A stretch of DNA of 64,000 nt. Origin: Candidatus Latescibacterota bacterium. Lineage in GTDB: Bacteria; Latescibacterota; UBA2968; GCA-2709665. Made by a program: the position numbers and the translations under genes. The notes below the pieces were generated by a model. That model did no database searches and was not told the origin of the DNA. It saw nothing but the letters and a program-made list of their open reading frames with translations. Below are positions 46,877 through 58,679 of this stretch, piece after piece (positions within the stretch are counted from its first letter, which is position 1; each line of letters opens with the position of its first letter). The stretch lies in assembly GCA_965219455.1 (NCBI GenBank), contig OZ244744.1, positions 800,001 through 864,000 of the forward strand, given 5' to 3'.

Positions 46877-49537
46877 ATGAACATGTCGGACGCACGTACC
46901 AAATCTGAAAAATACGTCTATTTCTTCGGCGATGGCACGGCCGACGGCGACGGCGACAGACGCAATCTGCTCGGCGGGAAAGGCGCCAACCTTGCGGAAA
47001 TGTCTCGCATCGGCATTCCGGTTCCCGCAGGGTTCACCATTACCACGGACGTTTGCGCCTACTACTACGGCCACCAGAAAAATCACCCGCCTGCGCTGAA
47101 GAGCCAGGTTGTAACGAACCTGAGAAAAGTTGAGAAAGCCATGGGCGGGCGGTTCGGCGACGCCGGCAATCCGTTACTCCTGTCGGTCCGGTCGGGCGCG
47201 CGTGTCTCCATGCCCGGAATGATGGAGACCGTGCTCAACCTGGGCCTCAACGACGAAATTGCCGAGGGTCTGATTGCAAAATCCGGTAATGAACGCTTTG
47301 TCTGGGACGTGTACCGCCGCTTCATTCAAACATACGGCGACGTTGTTATGGGTGTGCAGCCGGAAGAACGCGAACACGATCCCTTCGAAGCCGCCATTGA
47401 CAGCGTAAAGGCCGAACGAGGCATCACCCTGGATACCGACCTCACGCCCAATGATCTTCGGGAACTGGTGGACGTTTTCAAGGACCTCGTCAGGAAACGC
47501 GCGGGCCGTTCTTTCCCGGACAGCCCAATGGAACAACTGTGGGGAAGCGTAAATGCCGTCTTCGATTCCTGGAACGGCAACCGGGCCATCGTCTACCGAA
47601 ACATCCACGACATACCCCATAGTTGGGGGACCGCTGTCAACGTGCAATCGATGGTCTACGGCAATATGGGCGACGACTGCGCAACGGGTGTGGCGTTCAC
47701 GCGCGACCCCTCCACCGGCGCGCGGAAATTTTACGGCGAATACCTCATCAACGCCCAGGGCGAAGACGTCGTGGCAGGGGTACGCACACCCGAGCCGGTT
47801 GCGAAGTTGAAGAAACAGTTGCCCCTTGCCTACGAAACCCTGGAGCACATTTACAAAAAGCTGGAACTGCACTACCGGGACATGCAGGACATCGAGTTTA
47901 CCGTTCAGGAAGGTGAACTCTGGATGCTGCAGACCCGAACGGGCAAGCGCACCGCGGCATCCGCGCTCAAAATAGCGGTAGACATGGTGAAAGAGGAGCT
48001 TATCACCAAAGAAGAAGCCATCGCCCGAATCGACCCCGCCCAACTCGACCACCTCCTGCACCCGACATTCGACCCCGACGCGCCCCGCGAGGTTCTGGCG
48101 TCCGGGCTTCCCGCCTCACCCGGCGCAGCCGCGGGCAAGGCGGTGTTCACAGCCGACGAAGCCGAGACGTTGGCGGCCGATGACGAAGACGCCATCCTGG
48201 TTCGCCTCGAAACCTCGCCCGAAGACATCGGAGGGATGCACGCCGCCAGGGGCATTCTCACCGCCCGCGGCGGCCAGACCAGTCACGCCGCCGTCGTGGC
48301 GCGGGGCATGGGCAAATGTTGCGTGGCCGGATGCGGAGCCATCTCGATCGATTACCAAAACGACCTGTTCACGGTCAACGGAAAGACCGTTAAGGCCGGG
48401 GACTGGATATCACTGGACGGTTCCACGGGCGAATTGATGCTCGGCCGCGTGCCCACGCGGAATCCGAAACTTTCCGGTAATTTCTCCACCATCATGAAAT
48501 GGGCGGACGAAATGCGGAAACTGAACGTGCGCACCAACGCGGATACGCCGCACGATTCTGAAGTCGCACGGAAGTTTGGCGCCGAGGGCATCGGCCTGTG
48601 CCGAACCGAACACATGTTTTTTGAAGACGACCGCATCCTGGCCGTACGTGAGATGATCCTTGCAGGCGACGAATCGGGCCGCAGAAAGGCGCTGGAAAAA
48701 CTCCTGCCCATGCAACGCGGCGACTTCGAGGGCATTTTCCAGGCCATGCGGGGCCTGCCCGTCACCATCCGGCTGCTCGACCCGCCCCTGCACGAGTTCC
48801 TGCCCCACGAGCCCGAACAGCAGCGCGAAATGGCGCGTCAGATGGGGGTTCCGCTAAAGACGATCCAGGAGAAAGTGGAGAACCTGCACGAGTTCAACCC
48901 CATGTTGGGGCATCGGGGCTGCCGCCTGGGCGTTACCTTCCCCGAGATCTACGAAATGCAGGCTCGGGCAATCTTCGAAGCGGCCGTCAACGCGCGCAGA
49001 CGGAGAATCAAGGCCATCCCCGAAATCATGATCCCCCTGGTCGGCACGGTCAAGGAATTCACCGAGCTTCGTAAAATGGTGGACCGTGTCGCCAACGAGA
49101 TCGTGGGCGGCGGGAAGGTCAAGATAGACTATCTTGTCGGCACTATGATCGAAATTCCCCGTGCGGCTCTGGTGGCGGACACCATTGCCGAATCCGCCGA
49201 TTTCTTCAGCTTCGGTACCAACGACCTCACCCAGATGACATTCGGCTTCTCCCGAGACGACGCCGGCAAATTCCTCCCTGAATACATCGAACAGGGAATC
49301 CTTGAACAGGACCCCTTCCAGAGCCTCGACCAGGTCGGCGTGGGGCAACTTGTAATTATGGGAACCGACCGCGGGCGCACCGCGCGAAAAACCCTCAAGG
49401 TAGGCATCTGCGGTGAGCATGGCGGCGACCCTGAATCGGTGAAATTCTGCCACCGGGTGGGCCTGGACTACGTCTCCTGCTCTCCGTACCGCGTGCCTAT
49501 CGCCCGCCTGGCTGCCGCTCAGGCCGCCATCGAATAG
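46877..49537 (+). CDS. ppdK: Pyruvate, phosphate dikinase
   Basis: LGGKGANLAEM, SMPGMM, GGQTSHAAVVARG, GLCRTEHM, GICGEHGG. Confidence 0.98.
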   Translation: MNMSDARTKSEKYVYFFGDGTADGDGDRRNLLGGKGANLAEMSRIGIPVPAGFTITTDVCAYYYGHQKNHPPALKSQVVTNLRKVEKAMGGRFGDAGNPLLLSVRSGARVSMPGMMETVLNLGLNDEIAEGLIAKSGNERFVWDVYRRFIQTYGDVVMGVQPEEREHDPFEAAIDSVKAERGITLDTDLTPNDLRELVDVFKDLVRKRAGRSFPDSPMEQLWGSVNAVFDSWNGNRAIVYRNIHDIPHSWGTAVNVQSMVYGNMGDDCATGVAFTRDPSTGARKFYGEYLINAQGEDVVAGVRTPEPVAKLKKQLPLAYETLEHIYKKLELHYRDMQDIEFTVQEGELWMLQTRTGKRTAASALKIAVDMVKEELITKEEAIARIDPAQLDHLLHPTFDPDAPREVLASGLPASPGAAAGKAVFTADEAETLAADDEDAILVRLETSPEDIGGMHAARGILTARGGQTSHAAVVARGMGKCCVAGCGAISIDYQNDLFTVNGKTVKAGDWISLDGSTGELMLGRVPTRNPKLSGNFSTIMKWADEMRKLNVRTNADTPHDSEVARKFGAEGIGLCRTEHMFFEDDRILAVREMILAGDESGRRKALEKLLPMQRGDFEGIFQAMRGLPVTIRLLDPPLHEFLPHEPEQQREMARQMGVPLKTIQEKVENLHEFNPMLGHRGCRLGVTFPEIYEMQARAIFEAAVNARRRRIKAIPEIMIPLVGTVKEFTELRKMVDRVANEIVGGGKVKIDYLVGTMIEIPRAALVADTIAESADFFSFGTNDLTQMTFGFSRDDAGKFLPEYIEQGILEQDPFQSLDQVGVGQLVIMGTDRGRTARKTLKVGICGEHGGDPESVKFCHRVGLDYVSCSPYRVPIARLAAAQAAIE

Positions 49538-49821
49538 CCGAATCCGCCTGACCGGGGTACGTGGTTCCGTCCTCCTTCTCGCCAGCCCGATCGGACCGTA
49601 AGACGGGGGCCCGCCTCCGGCTGCGGTTTCCCCCGACATTCTCGTTTCAGCGTTTTCCATCGGCGGTTTTCGGCCGATCGGAAAACGCGGCTCCGGATGC
49701 GTATCGACGGGCGGGCCAGCGATGGCTCCCGGCCGCGCGACGCTTGATTTTCGATCCTCGATAGCCTATATTTTCACGGTATTTTCAGGCGGGCGCGACG
49801 CCGCTCGCGGGTTTTGCATTT

Positions 49822-50589
49822 ATGCCTCGTATCATTGCCATTGCCAACCAGAAAGGCGGCGTCGGAAAAACCACCACAGCGGTGAACCTCTCCGCTTGCC
49901 TGGCGGCTGCAGAAAAGAAGACCCTACTCGTCGACCTGGACCCGCAGTCCAACGCCACCAGCGGTTTTGGCGTGTCGGTGGCTCGAGAGGATCCGTGCAT
50001 CTACGAAGTACTCCTCCAGGAGTACCCGCTTTCTGACATCACCCGGGAAACCGAGATTCCCTACCTGAACGTGGCCCCCTCGCATATGCGCCTCACCGGG
50101 GCCGAAGTCGAAATGGTCAACCTCGGCGCCCGCGAGCACCGGCTCCGGGCTGCCCTGGAAAACGCTGGCGAAAGCTACGATTTCCTGTTGATCGATTGCC
50201 CGCCGTCCCTGGGGTTGCTTACCCTGAACGCGCTCACCGCCGCCGGCTCCGTGCTCATTCCGATACAGTGCGAATATTATGCCCTGGAAGGTGTGGGCAA
50301 ACTGTTGAATACGCTGAGACTGGTTCGGCGCCATCTGAATCCCCCGCTCAGAATCGAGGGCGTGCTGCTCACGATGTTCGACACCCGGCTTAATCTCTCC
50401 CGACAGGTCGTAGATGAGGCCCGCCACCACTTCGGAGAGCGGGTTTACAACACCATCATCGGCCGAAACGTCAAGCTCGGCGAGGCGCCCAGTTTCGGCA
50501 AACCCATCATTCTGTACGATATTATGTCTCAAGGGGCCCGGAATTACATGAGTCTTGCCGGGGAGGTAATCAACCATGGCCAAGCGTAA
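49822..50589 (+). CDS. parA: ParA/Soj chromosome-partitioning ATPase
   Basis: NQKGGVGKTTT, DLDPQ, DCPPSLG, QCEYYALEG. Confidence 0.96.
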   Translation: MPRIIAIANQKGGVGKTTTAVNLSACLAAAEKKTLLVDLDPQSNATSGFGVSVAREDPCIYEVLLQEYPLSDITRETEIPYLNVAPSHMRLTGAEVEMVNLGAREHRLRAALENAGESYDFLLIDCPPSLGLLTLNALTAAGSVLIPIQCEYYALEGVGKLLNTLRLVRRHLNPPLRIEGVLLTMFDTRLNLSRQVVDEARHHFGERVYNTIIGRNVKLGEAPSFGKPIILYDIMSQGARNYMSLAGEVINHGQA

Positions 50590-51481
50590 CGCCCTGGGCA
50601 GAGGCCTGGGCGCCCTCATCCCCGGCGCTGACGAATCACCACTGGAGCGGCCCGTGGGGTCATCGGAGACGGGTGACCTCCACCCGGGCGCGCGGATGCT
50701 CGAGATAGGCATTGGAGATCTCGAGCCCAACACACACCAGCCCCGGGCGGATTTCGATCCGGACGCCGTCCAGGAATTGGCGGACTCGATCAAGGAAAAA
50801 GGGGTCATTCAGCCCGTTGTCGTTCGACGCTGCGGTTCCGGATATCAGCTCATCGCCGGCGAGCGCCGCCTCCGCGCCGCGAAACTGGCGGGCCTGGAGA
50901 CCATCCCCGCCATCCTGCTGGACGTGGGATCCGATCAGGAGATGATGGAAATCTCCCTGATCGAAAACGTACAGCGGGAAGACCTGAATCCGATCGAAGA
51001 AGCCAGAGCATACAGGGCCCTGATGGAATCCTGTTTCCTGACCCAGGAAGAGGTGGCCGAGAAAGTCGGCAAAAACAGATCCACCGTTACCAACACGCTG
51101 CGCCTTCTCCACCTCACGGAAGGGGTCAGAAACGCCCTCCAGGACAAACAGATTTCCATGGGGCACGCCCGCGCTCTCCTGGGCCTGTCGGACGACCGCC
51201 TGCAGGCGAATCTTTGCAGGAAAATTGTCGCCGACGGCCTTTCCGTAAGGCAGGTTGAAAACCTTGTCAAGGCCGGTAGAGAAGGGCGCAGTGAACCACC
51301 CAGGTCCCTGCCCCGGAGCAAAGATCCTCAGACCCTTTCGCTGGAAGAAGACCTTCAGCGCAGGTTTGGCACGGGGGTGAATATCAATCGCCGGGGCAAG
51401 AAGGGAAAAATCGAAATCGCGTTCTACACAGATAACGACCTTGAGCGCATCCTGGACCTCCTCCGGGAAACGTCGTACTGA
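50576..51481 (+). CDS. parB: ParB/Spo0J partition protein
   Basis: LGRGLGALI, QPR, AGERRLRA, IENVQREDLNPIEEA, GHARAL. Confidence 0.96.
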   Translation: MAKRNALGRGLGALIPGADESPLERPVGSSETGDLHPGARMLEIGIGDLEPNTHQPRADFDPDAVQELADSIKEKGVIQPVVVRRCGSGYQLIAGERRLRAAKLAGLETIPAILLDVGSDQEMMEISLIENVQREDLNPIEEARAYRALMESCFLTQEEVAEKVGKNRSTVTNTLRLLHLTEGVRNALQDKQISMGHARALLGLSDDRLQANLCRKIVADGLSVRQVENLVKAGREGRSEPPRSLPRSKDPQTLSLEEDLQRRFGTGVNINRRGKKGKIEIAFYTDNDLERILDLLRETSY

Positions 51482-51518
51482 CGTCGACCGCCCACCGAAG
51501 ATCCCGCCCAGGGGCAGC

Positions 51519-52451
51519 ATGCTCGGAAATTTCCTGGAAAAATTCAAACGTGGCCTCTCAAAAACCCGAGAGGGGCTGTCGGGAAAAATCAGCGAGGTCC
51601 TGCGCCGCAGCCCCAGACTGGATGATGAAGCCCTGGAGGAGATTGAAGAAATCCTCATACGGGCAGACGTGGGTGTCAACGCGACGCTGCGAATCATCGA
51701 CCGTCTTCGGGAACGCCTTCAGCGAGGGTCGGCGCCGGAAGGGACGGAAGAATGGGTCCGCGGCCGGCTCGAGACCGAACTGCTGGAGATCCTCCGGGCC
51801 GTTCAGCCCCCATCCCTGGCGCCTCCCCGGGCCAGGCCTCACGTTATCCTGGTTGCCGGTGTCAACGGATCGGGCAAAACGACCACGATCGGCAAGCTGG
51901 CATGCCGGTACGGCGCGCGGGGCAACCGAGTACTCCTTGCCGCCTGCGACACCTTTCGGGCCGCCGCGATCGAACAGCTATCGATCTGGGCCGAGCGTTC
52001 CGGCGCGGACATCGTACGCCACCGGCCCGGCGCGGACGCCGCCTCAGTGGCCTTCGACGCCCTTGCCGCCGCCCGATCCCGCGATATGGACGTCGTCATT
52101 ATCGACACCGCGGGGCGCCTGCACACCAGCATAAATCTGATGGAGGAACTCAAGAAAATCTGTCGCGTCCTGGGAAAATGCCTGCAGGGCGCCCCCCACG
52201 AAACCCTGCTGGTCCTGGACGCCACCACGGGACAGAACGCCGTCGCCCAGGCCCGCCAATTCCACGCGGACATCGGAATTACCGGTCTTGTTCTGGCCAA
52301 ATTGGATGGCACGGCCAGGGGCGGCGTTGTCATTGCCATTGCCGACGAACTCGGTCTCCCCGTTCGTATGGTCGGCCTGGGTGAAGGCCAGGATGATCTG
52401 AGTGACTTTGAACCGGAGGCCTTCGTCACGGCTCTCTTCGAAGGCGACTAG
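51519..52451 (+). CDS. ftsY: SRP receptor FtsY
   Basis: GVNGSGKTTT, DTFRAAA, DTAGR, DATTGQN, KLDGTARGG. Confidence 0.96.
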   Translation: MLGNFLEKFKRGLSKTREGLSGKISEVLRRSPRLDDEALEEIEEILIRADVGVNATLRIIDRLRERLQRGSAPEGTEEWVRGRLETELLEILRAVQPPSLAPPRARPHVILVAGVNGSGKTTTIGKLACRYGARGNRVLLAACDTFRAAAIEQLSIWAERSGADIVRHRPGADAASVAFDALAAARSRDMDVVIIDTAGRLHTSINLMEELKKICRVLGKCLQGAPHETLLVLDATTGQNAVAQARQFHADIGITGLVLAKLDGTARGGVVIAIADELGLPVRMVGLGEGQDDLSDFEPEAFVTALFEGD

Positions 52452-52457
52452 CACGAT

Positions 52458-53636
52458 ATGACGCATATTTACTTTGACAACCAGGCCACCACGCCGGTCG
52501 ACCCGAGGGTAATGGACGCCATGCTGCCCTATTTCAAGGCGGAATTCGGCAATGCGGCCAGCCGTACCCACAGCTTCGGGTGGACCGCTGAAGCAGCGGT
52601 GGACCGGGCGCGGGAACAGGCCGCGGAACTGATCCATGCCGACGCCAGGGAGATCATTTTCACCAGCGGCGCCACCGAATCGGACAACCTGGCCATTAAG
52701 GGCGTGGCCTCGGTGCACCGGGAGAAGGGCGGGCACCTCGTCACCCAGGCCACCGAACACCACGCCGTCCTCGATTCGTGCAAAGCGCTTGAACGGCGGG
52801 GTTTCGACGTTACCGTCCTGCCCGTAGACCGTTACGGCCAGATCGCACCGGGAACCGTCTCGGACGCGATCCGCGAAAACACCGTGCTTGTCTCCATTAT
52901 GGCGGCCAACAACGAAATCGGCACCGTGCAGCCCCTGGGCGAAATTGGAGCCATCTGCAGGGAACGGAACATCCTCTTCCACTGCGACGCCGCTCAGGCC
53001 GTGGGTAAGTTACCCATCGACGTGCATACCCTCGGCATTGACCTGCTCTCGATATCCGCCCACAAATTGTACGGCCCCAAAGGCGTGGGCGCGCTCTACG
53101 TTCGCGGCCGACCACGGGTGCGCCTCGTTGCGGAAATCGACGGGGGCGGCCACGAACGCGGCATGCGCTCGGGTACGCTAAACGTCCCGGGCATTGTGGG
53201 TCTCGGCGCGGCCTGCGAACTTGCGCACGCGGAAATGGCCGCTGAAGGGACCCGCGTCCGGGCGTTGCGCGAACGACTGAGAACACGTCTGTTCGACGGC
53301 CTGGACGATATTTATCTCAATGGACATCCGGACAAGCGACTGGATGGTAACCTGAACATCAGCTTCGAAGGCGTGGAGGGCGAGAGTCTGCTTGTGGGCC
53401 TTGGTGAAATCGCGCTCTCGTCCGGATCCGCCTGCACCTCGGCGGCGCTGGAACCCTCCTACGTGCTGCGGGCGCTGGGGATGCCGAACCGCCTGGCCGA
53501 AAGCAGCATCCGCTTTGGTCTGGGCAGGTTCAACACCGAAGCCGAGATTGACCACGTGGCCGGCCGAGTCATCGAGGAAGTCGGACGCCTGCGAGAAATT
53601 TCACCATACTCCAACGCAAAGCAACGGCGCAGGTAA
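52458..53636 (+). CDS. iscS: Cysteine desulfurase IscS
   Basis: [33 protein letters not shown]. Confidence 0.95.
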   Translation: MTHIYFDNQATTPVDPRVMDAMLPYFKAEFGNAASRTHSFGWTAEAAVDRAREQAAELIHADAREIIFTSGATESDNLAIKGVASVHREKGGHLVTQATEHHAVLDSCKALERRGFDVTVLPVDRYGQIAPGTVSDAIRENTVLVSIMAANNEIGTVQPLGEIGAICRERNILFHCDAAQAVGKLPIDVHTLGIDLLSISAHKLYGPKGVGALYVRGRPRVRLVAEIDGGGHERGMRSGTLNVPGIVGLGAACELAHAEMAAEGTRVRALRERLRTRLFDGLDDIYLNGHPDKRLDGNLNISFEGVEGESLLVGLGEIALSSGSACTSAALEPSYVLRALGMPNRLAESSIRFGLGRFNTEAEIDHVAGRVIEEVGRLREISPYSNAKQRRR

Positions 53637-53696
53637 CGCGTCCTGAAATACAGATCCCGAAACCTCAGAACTTAATTCCCATCAAGGACCGAACCC

Positions 53697-54515
53697 ATGC
53701 AAATTCCGCCCGGCATGCCGAAACCCCGCCCCATCCCCGAGGTCGAGCACATTGTAGCCGTTTCCAGCGGCAAGGGAGGCGTGGGTAAAACCACCGTCAG
53801 CGTGAACCTGTCCGTCGCCCTCGCGCGCCAGGGGCAGGCCGTTGGACTGCTCGACGCCGACATCTACGGGCCCAACGTCCCCATGATGCTGGGCGCCACG
53901 GAGCAACCCCGGGCGGTGAGCGGCAAGATCATCCCGCTCGAAAACCATGGCGTCAAATTGATGTCTCTCGGGCTCATCGCCGGCGAGGACGCACCCGTGA
54001 TCTGGCGCGGCCCTATCGTGGGAAAGATGATCCAACAGTTCATGTCCGACGTCGCCTGGGGCGCGCTTGATTTCCTCGTTGTCGACCTTCCGCCGGGAAC
54101 CGGTGACGCCCAACTCACCCTCGCGCAAACCGTTCCGCTAAGCGGCGCGGTCATTGTCACCACGCCGCAGGACGTCGCGCTTGAAGACGTCACTCGAGGC
54201 ATCGAGATGTTCCGGAAGTTAGACGTTCCCATCCTCGGCGCCGTCGAAAACATGAGCGGCTTTATATGTCCATGCTGCGGCGAGCGGGCGCCAATCTTCG
54301 GGGATGGCGGCGGCGACAAGATCGCCATGCACTTCAACATCCCGGTGCTGGGCCGGCTGCCCATTCTGCCGGCCATTCGCGAAGGCGGCGACACCGGCAA
54401 TCCGATTGCCGCACAGGAATCCGACGAGACACAAACCTTCCTCGAAATCGCACAGATGATCGTGGATCAGATCGACACCTTTGAACAACCGGGACCTCAA
54501 ATTACCATTTCGTGA
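53697..54515 (+). CDS. Mrp/ApbC Fe-S carrier ATPase
   Basis: SGKGGVGKTT, DADIYGP, WRGP, DLPPGTGD, ENMS..CPCC. Confidence 0.94.
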   Translation: MQIPPGMPKPRPIPEVEHIVAVSSGKGGVGKTTVSVNLSVALARQGQAVGLLDADIYGPNVPMMLGATEQPRAVSGKIIPLENHGVKLMSLGLIAGEDAPVIWRGPIVGKMIQQFMSDVAWGALDFLVVDLPPGTGDAQLTLAQTVPLSGAVIVTTPQDVALEDVTRGIEMFRKLDVPILGAVENMSGFICPCCGERAPIFGDGGGDKIAMHFNIPVLGRLPILPAIREGGDTGNPIAAQESDETQTFLEIAQMIVDQIDTFEQPGPQITIS

Positions 54516-54707
54516 AATATACGGAGCCGGACAAACGGCGATTCCGATCCATACGCTCGAGTGCCCGAAACGCGAAACATGAATTCGGACCGATTCTCTC
54601 CCGGACACTCGTCTTGAACGCCGGACGCCGTCATTAAATTTTGCGTTCCCGGCGGGAATTGGATACATTATCTGTACGTGAATCCAACCACTCTGCACCG
54701 GGGGAAT

Positions 54708-55889
54708 ATGATGAGCACGGCATTTGAAACCCTTATGGAAACCGTCAGGAGCGAGGTCCGGGGCATTTCGCCTGAAGACGCCCGGAAGCGGCTGGACAGC
54801 GTCCTGCTGCTGGACGTAAGGGAACGGGAGGACTACGCCCTGGGTTATATTTCGGGCGCCGAGAACCTCTCCAGGGGATTCCTCGAACTGCGTATCGAAA
54901 CCGTGGCGAACGACCGCTCAACCGCCATTCTCGTCTACGGCGACGATAACCAGGGACCCCTGGCGGCGCGAGACCTGCACAATATGGGATATGAAAACGT
55001 CGTCTACCTTAAGGGCGGCTTCGACGCCTGGGTGGCGGCGGGCTTGCCGGTTCAGCGCGACAGAGCGCTCACCAAGGCCGAGGTCCAGCGTTACTCAAGG
55101 CACCTCCTGGTGCCCGAAGTGGGTGAAAAGGGGCAGGGAAAGTTGCTGGAGGCAAAGGTCCTGATGGTCGGCGCCGGCGGCCTCGGATGTCCCGCGGCCT
55201 ACTATCTCGCCGCGGCCGGCGTTGGCACCCTGGGGATTGTGGACGCGGACGTGGTGGACCTCACCAATCTCCAACGACAGATCCTGCACGGCACATCCGA
55301 CGTGGGCAGGCCGAAAGCCATCTCCGCGCGGGAAACCCTTCAAGACCTGAACCCCGGCTGCAAGGTGGTCCCGTATGTCGAATTCCTCAATTCCGAAAAT
55401 GTGATGGACATCATCGCGGACTACGACATTGTGGTGAACGGCTGCGACAACTTTCCCACGCGCTATATGGTCAACGACGCCTGCGTGTTCGCGCGTAAGC
55501 CCATCGTAGACGGAAGCATATTTCGTTTCGAGGGCCAGGTGACCATCTATCCCTGCGATCTGGAGGGTCCGTGCTACCGCTGTCTCTATCCTGAACCGCC
55601 GCCCGCCGAACTGGCGCCGTCGTGCGCCGAAGCGGGGGTTCTGGGCGTACTTCCGGGCACGGTGGGCCTGATTCAGGCTACCGAAGTGGTCAAGCTGATT
55701 CTTGGCCAGGGCGAACCGCTTATCGGCAGATTGCTCATGTACGATGCGCTGGCCATGAGTTTCCGGACTTTTAAAATTCGCCGCGACACCGCCTGTCCGG
55801 TCTGTGGCGACAATCCCGAGGTTACCGAACTCATCGACTACGTCGCCTTCTGCAACGGCGTTACGCAACACGCCGCCGCGGACGATTGA
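54708..55889 (+). CDS. Rhodanese-MoeB (MoeZ-like) sulfur-carrier adenylyltransferase
   Basis: N-terminal rhodanese fold (LDVRE...LKGGFDAW), then RYSRH, GAGGLG, NLQRQ, DNFPTRY, CYRC, SCAEAGVLG, CPVC. Confidence 0.93.
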   Translation: MMSTAFETLMETVRSEVRGISPEDARKRLDSVLLLDVREREDYALGYISGAENLSRGFLELRIETVANDRSTAILVYGDDNQGPLAARDLHNMGYENVVYLKGGFDAWVAAGLPVQRDRALTKAEVQRYSRHLLVPEVGEKGQGKLLEAKVLMVGAGGLGCPAAYYLAAAGVGTLGIVDADVVDLTNLQRQILHGTSDVGRPKAISARETLQDLNPGCKVVPYVEFLNSENVMDIIADYDIVVNGCDNFPTRYMVNDACVFARKPIVDGSIFRFEGQVTIYPCDLEGPCYRCLYPEPPPAELAPSCAEAGVLGVLPGTVGLIQATEVVKLILGQGEPLIGRLLMYDALAMSFRTFKIRRDTACPVCGDNPEVTELIDYVAFCNGVTQHAAADD

Positions 55890-55912
55890 GTCGCCGGAAC
55901 GGCAATTCATGC

Positions 55913-55952
55913 AAAAAGAAGCGCGCCCTGTTCGGGGCGCGCTTCTTTTTTT
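55913..55952. terminator. Bidirectional terminator between moeZ and groEL
   Basis: aaaaagaagcgcgccc-tgttcg-gggcgcgcttcttttttt. Confidence 0.85.
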
Positions 55953-55986
55953 TCTCCTCCGCTCTGGGAGAGCAGACCATGCTTCT

Positions 55987-57630
<1,644 letters not shown>

Positions 57631-57644
57631 TTAAAGGAATCGCC

Positions 57645-57941
57645 TTATTCTTCAATAATCGCCAGGATATCGCTCTCGGACATAATGAGATGATCCTCGT
57701 CGTCCAGCCGCACCTCGGTGCCGGAATATTTGCCGTAAAGCACCACGTCGCCGGATGACACGGACAGCGCGATCCTGTTGCCGGAATCGTCCAGTTTGCC
57801 GTCTCCGACGGCCACGACTTCACCGCGCTGAGGCTTCTCTTTTGCCGTGTCAGGAATAATAATGCCGCCCTTCACCTGCTCTTCTTCTTCCTGGGGCCTG
57901 ACCAGCACACGATCTCCCAGCGGCTTCACCTTGACTGCCAT
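57645..57941 (-). CDS. groS: Co-chaperonin GroES
   Basis: [28 protein letters not shown]. Confidence 0.98.
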   Translation of the reverse strand: MAVKVKPLGDRVLVRPQEEEEQVKGGIIIPDTAKEKPQRGEVVAVGDGKLDDSGNRIALSVSSGDVVLYGKYSGTEVRLDDEDHLIMSESDILAIIEE

Positions 57942-58014
57942 GTCTCTAACCTCCTTGAAAAAATGAGACGGGATCGGCGTTAAATTTATTGATTTTAATT
58001 GCTTAACGTCGTTG

Positions 58015-58041
58015 TTGGCACTCTGACTTGTTGAGTGCTAA
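58015..58041. promoter_or_regulatory. CIRCE element (HrcA operator)
   Basis: TTGGCACTC-N9-GAGTGCTAA upstream of groES. Confidence 0.92.
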
Positions 58042-58175
58042 CAATCAACCAATATATCAAACTGGCGTATTCTTGGCAAGAAAAATCTGGCAGATACAAA
58101 ATAACACCGGGCCTTCCTGGGAAGACCCGGTGCAAATTTTCTTTTGGATCCAGGGCATTTGGAGCCCGTAGCGCT

Positions 58176-58637
58176 TCATTTCCGGTTGTACAGCGCCTGG
58201 AACGCCTGCAGTAGTTCTCGCGATTTCTTCACGTGGGCAGTGTCGGTGGTCTGCTTGCATTTCATCGCCGAAACGATCATTTGATGAAGCAATGCCAGTT
58301 TCTTGGAATAGGCCTTCTGTGAGGTCGGATCGTCGCCCGCGGGCGCCTTGATGCGCTGCGCCAGGAAGTACTGCGCCACAATCTCACGAATGTGATCCGC
58401 ATGAGTTTCTTTGTTATTCACCCACCTCACCAGCTGATTCATGTTCTTGCCCGCTTCGGGCGAAAGCTGGATGATCTGGTTCATTGACTTCTCAATGGTC
58501 TTCAGATTCTCCTCGATAGTCGCAAACCTGGCCGCGTCGCCATAGATCCCACAGGGGATTTCACAGTGCGCAAACGTCGAGCCGTACAAAGTCAGCAGAA
58601 AAAGCGGGAGGAGAATTACCGGAACCAGACGTCTCAT
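58176..58637 (-). CDS. sodN: Nickel superoxide dismutase precursor
   Basis: Ni-hook HCEIPCGIY directly after a hydrophobic signal peptide ending TFA. Confidence 0.92.
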   Translation of the reverse strand: MRRLVPVILLPLFLLTLYGSTFAHCEIPCGIYGDAARFATIEENLKTIEKSMNQIIQLSPEAGKNMNQLVRWVNNKETHADHIREIVAQYFLAQRIKAPAGDDPTSQKAYSKKLALLHQMIVSAMKCKQTTDTAHVKKSRELLQAFQALYNRK

Positions 58638-58650
58638 AACGAAGCTCCTT

Positions 58651-58677
58651 TGGTGATTTATTTCCGGGAATGGACAC
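58651..58677. repeat. MITE right-end fragment abutting IS630
   Basis: tggtgatttatttccgggaatggacac resembles the MITE right arm. Confidence 0.6.
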
Positions 58678-58679
58678 TA

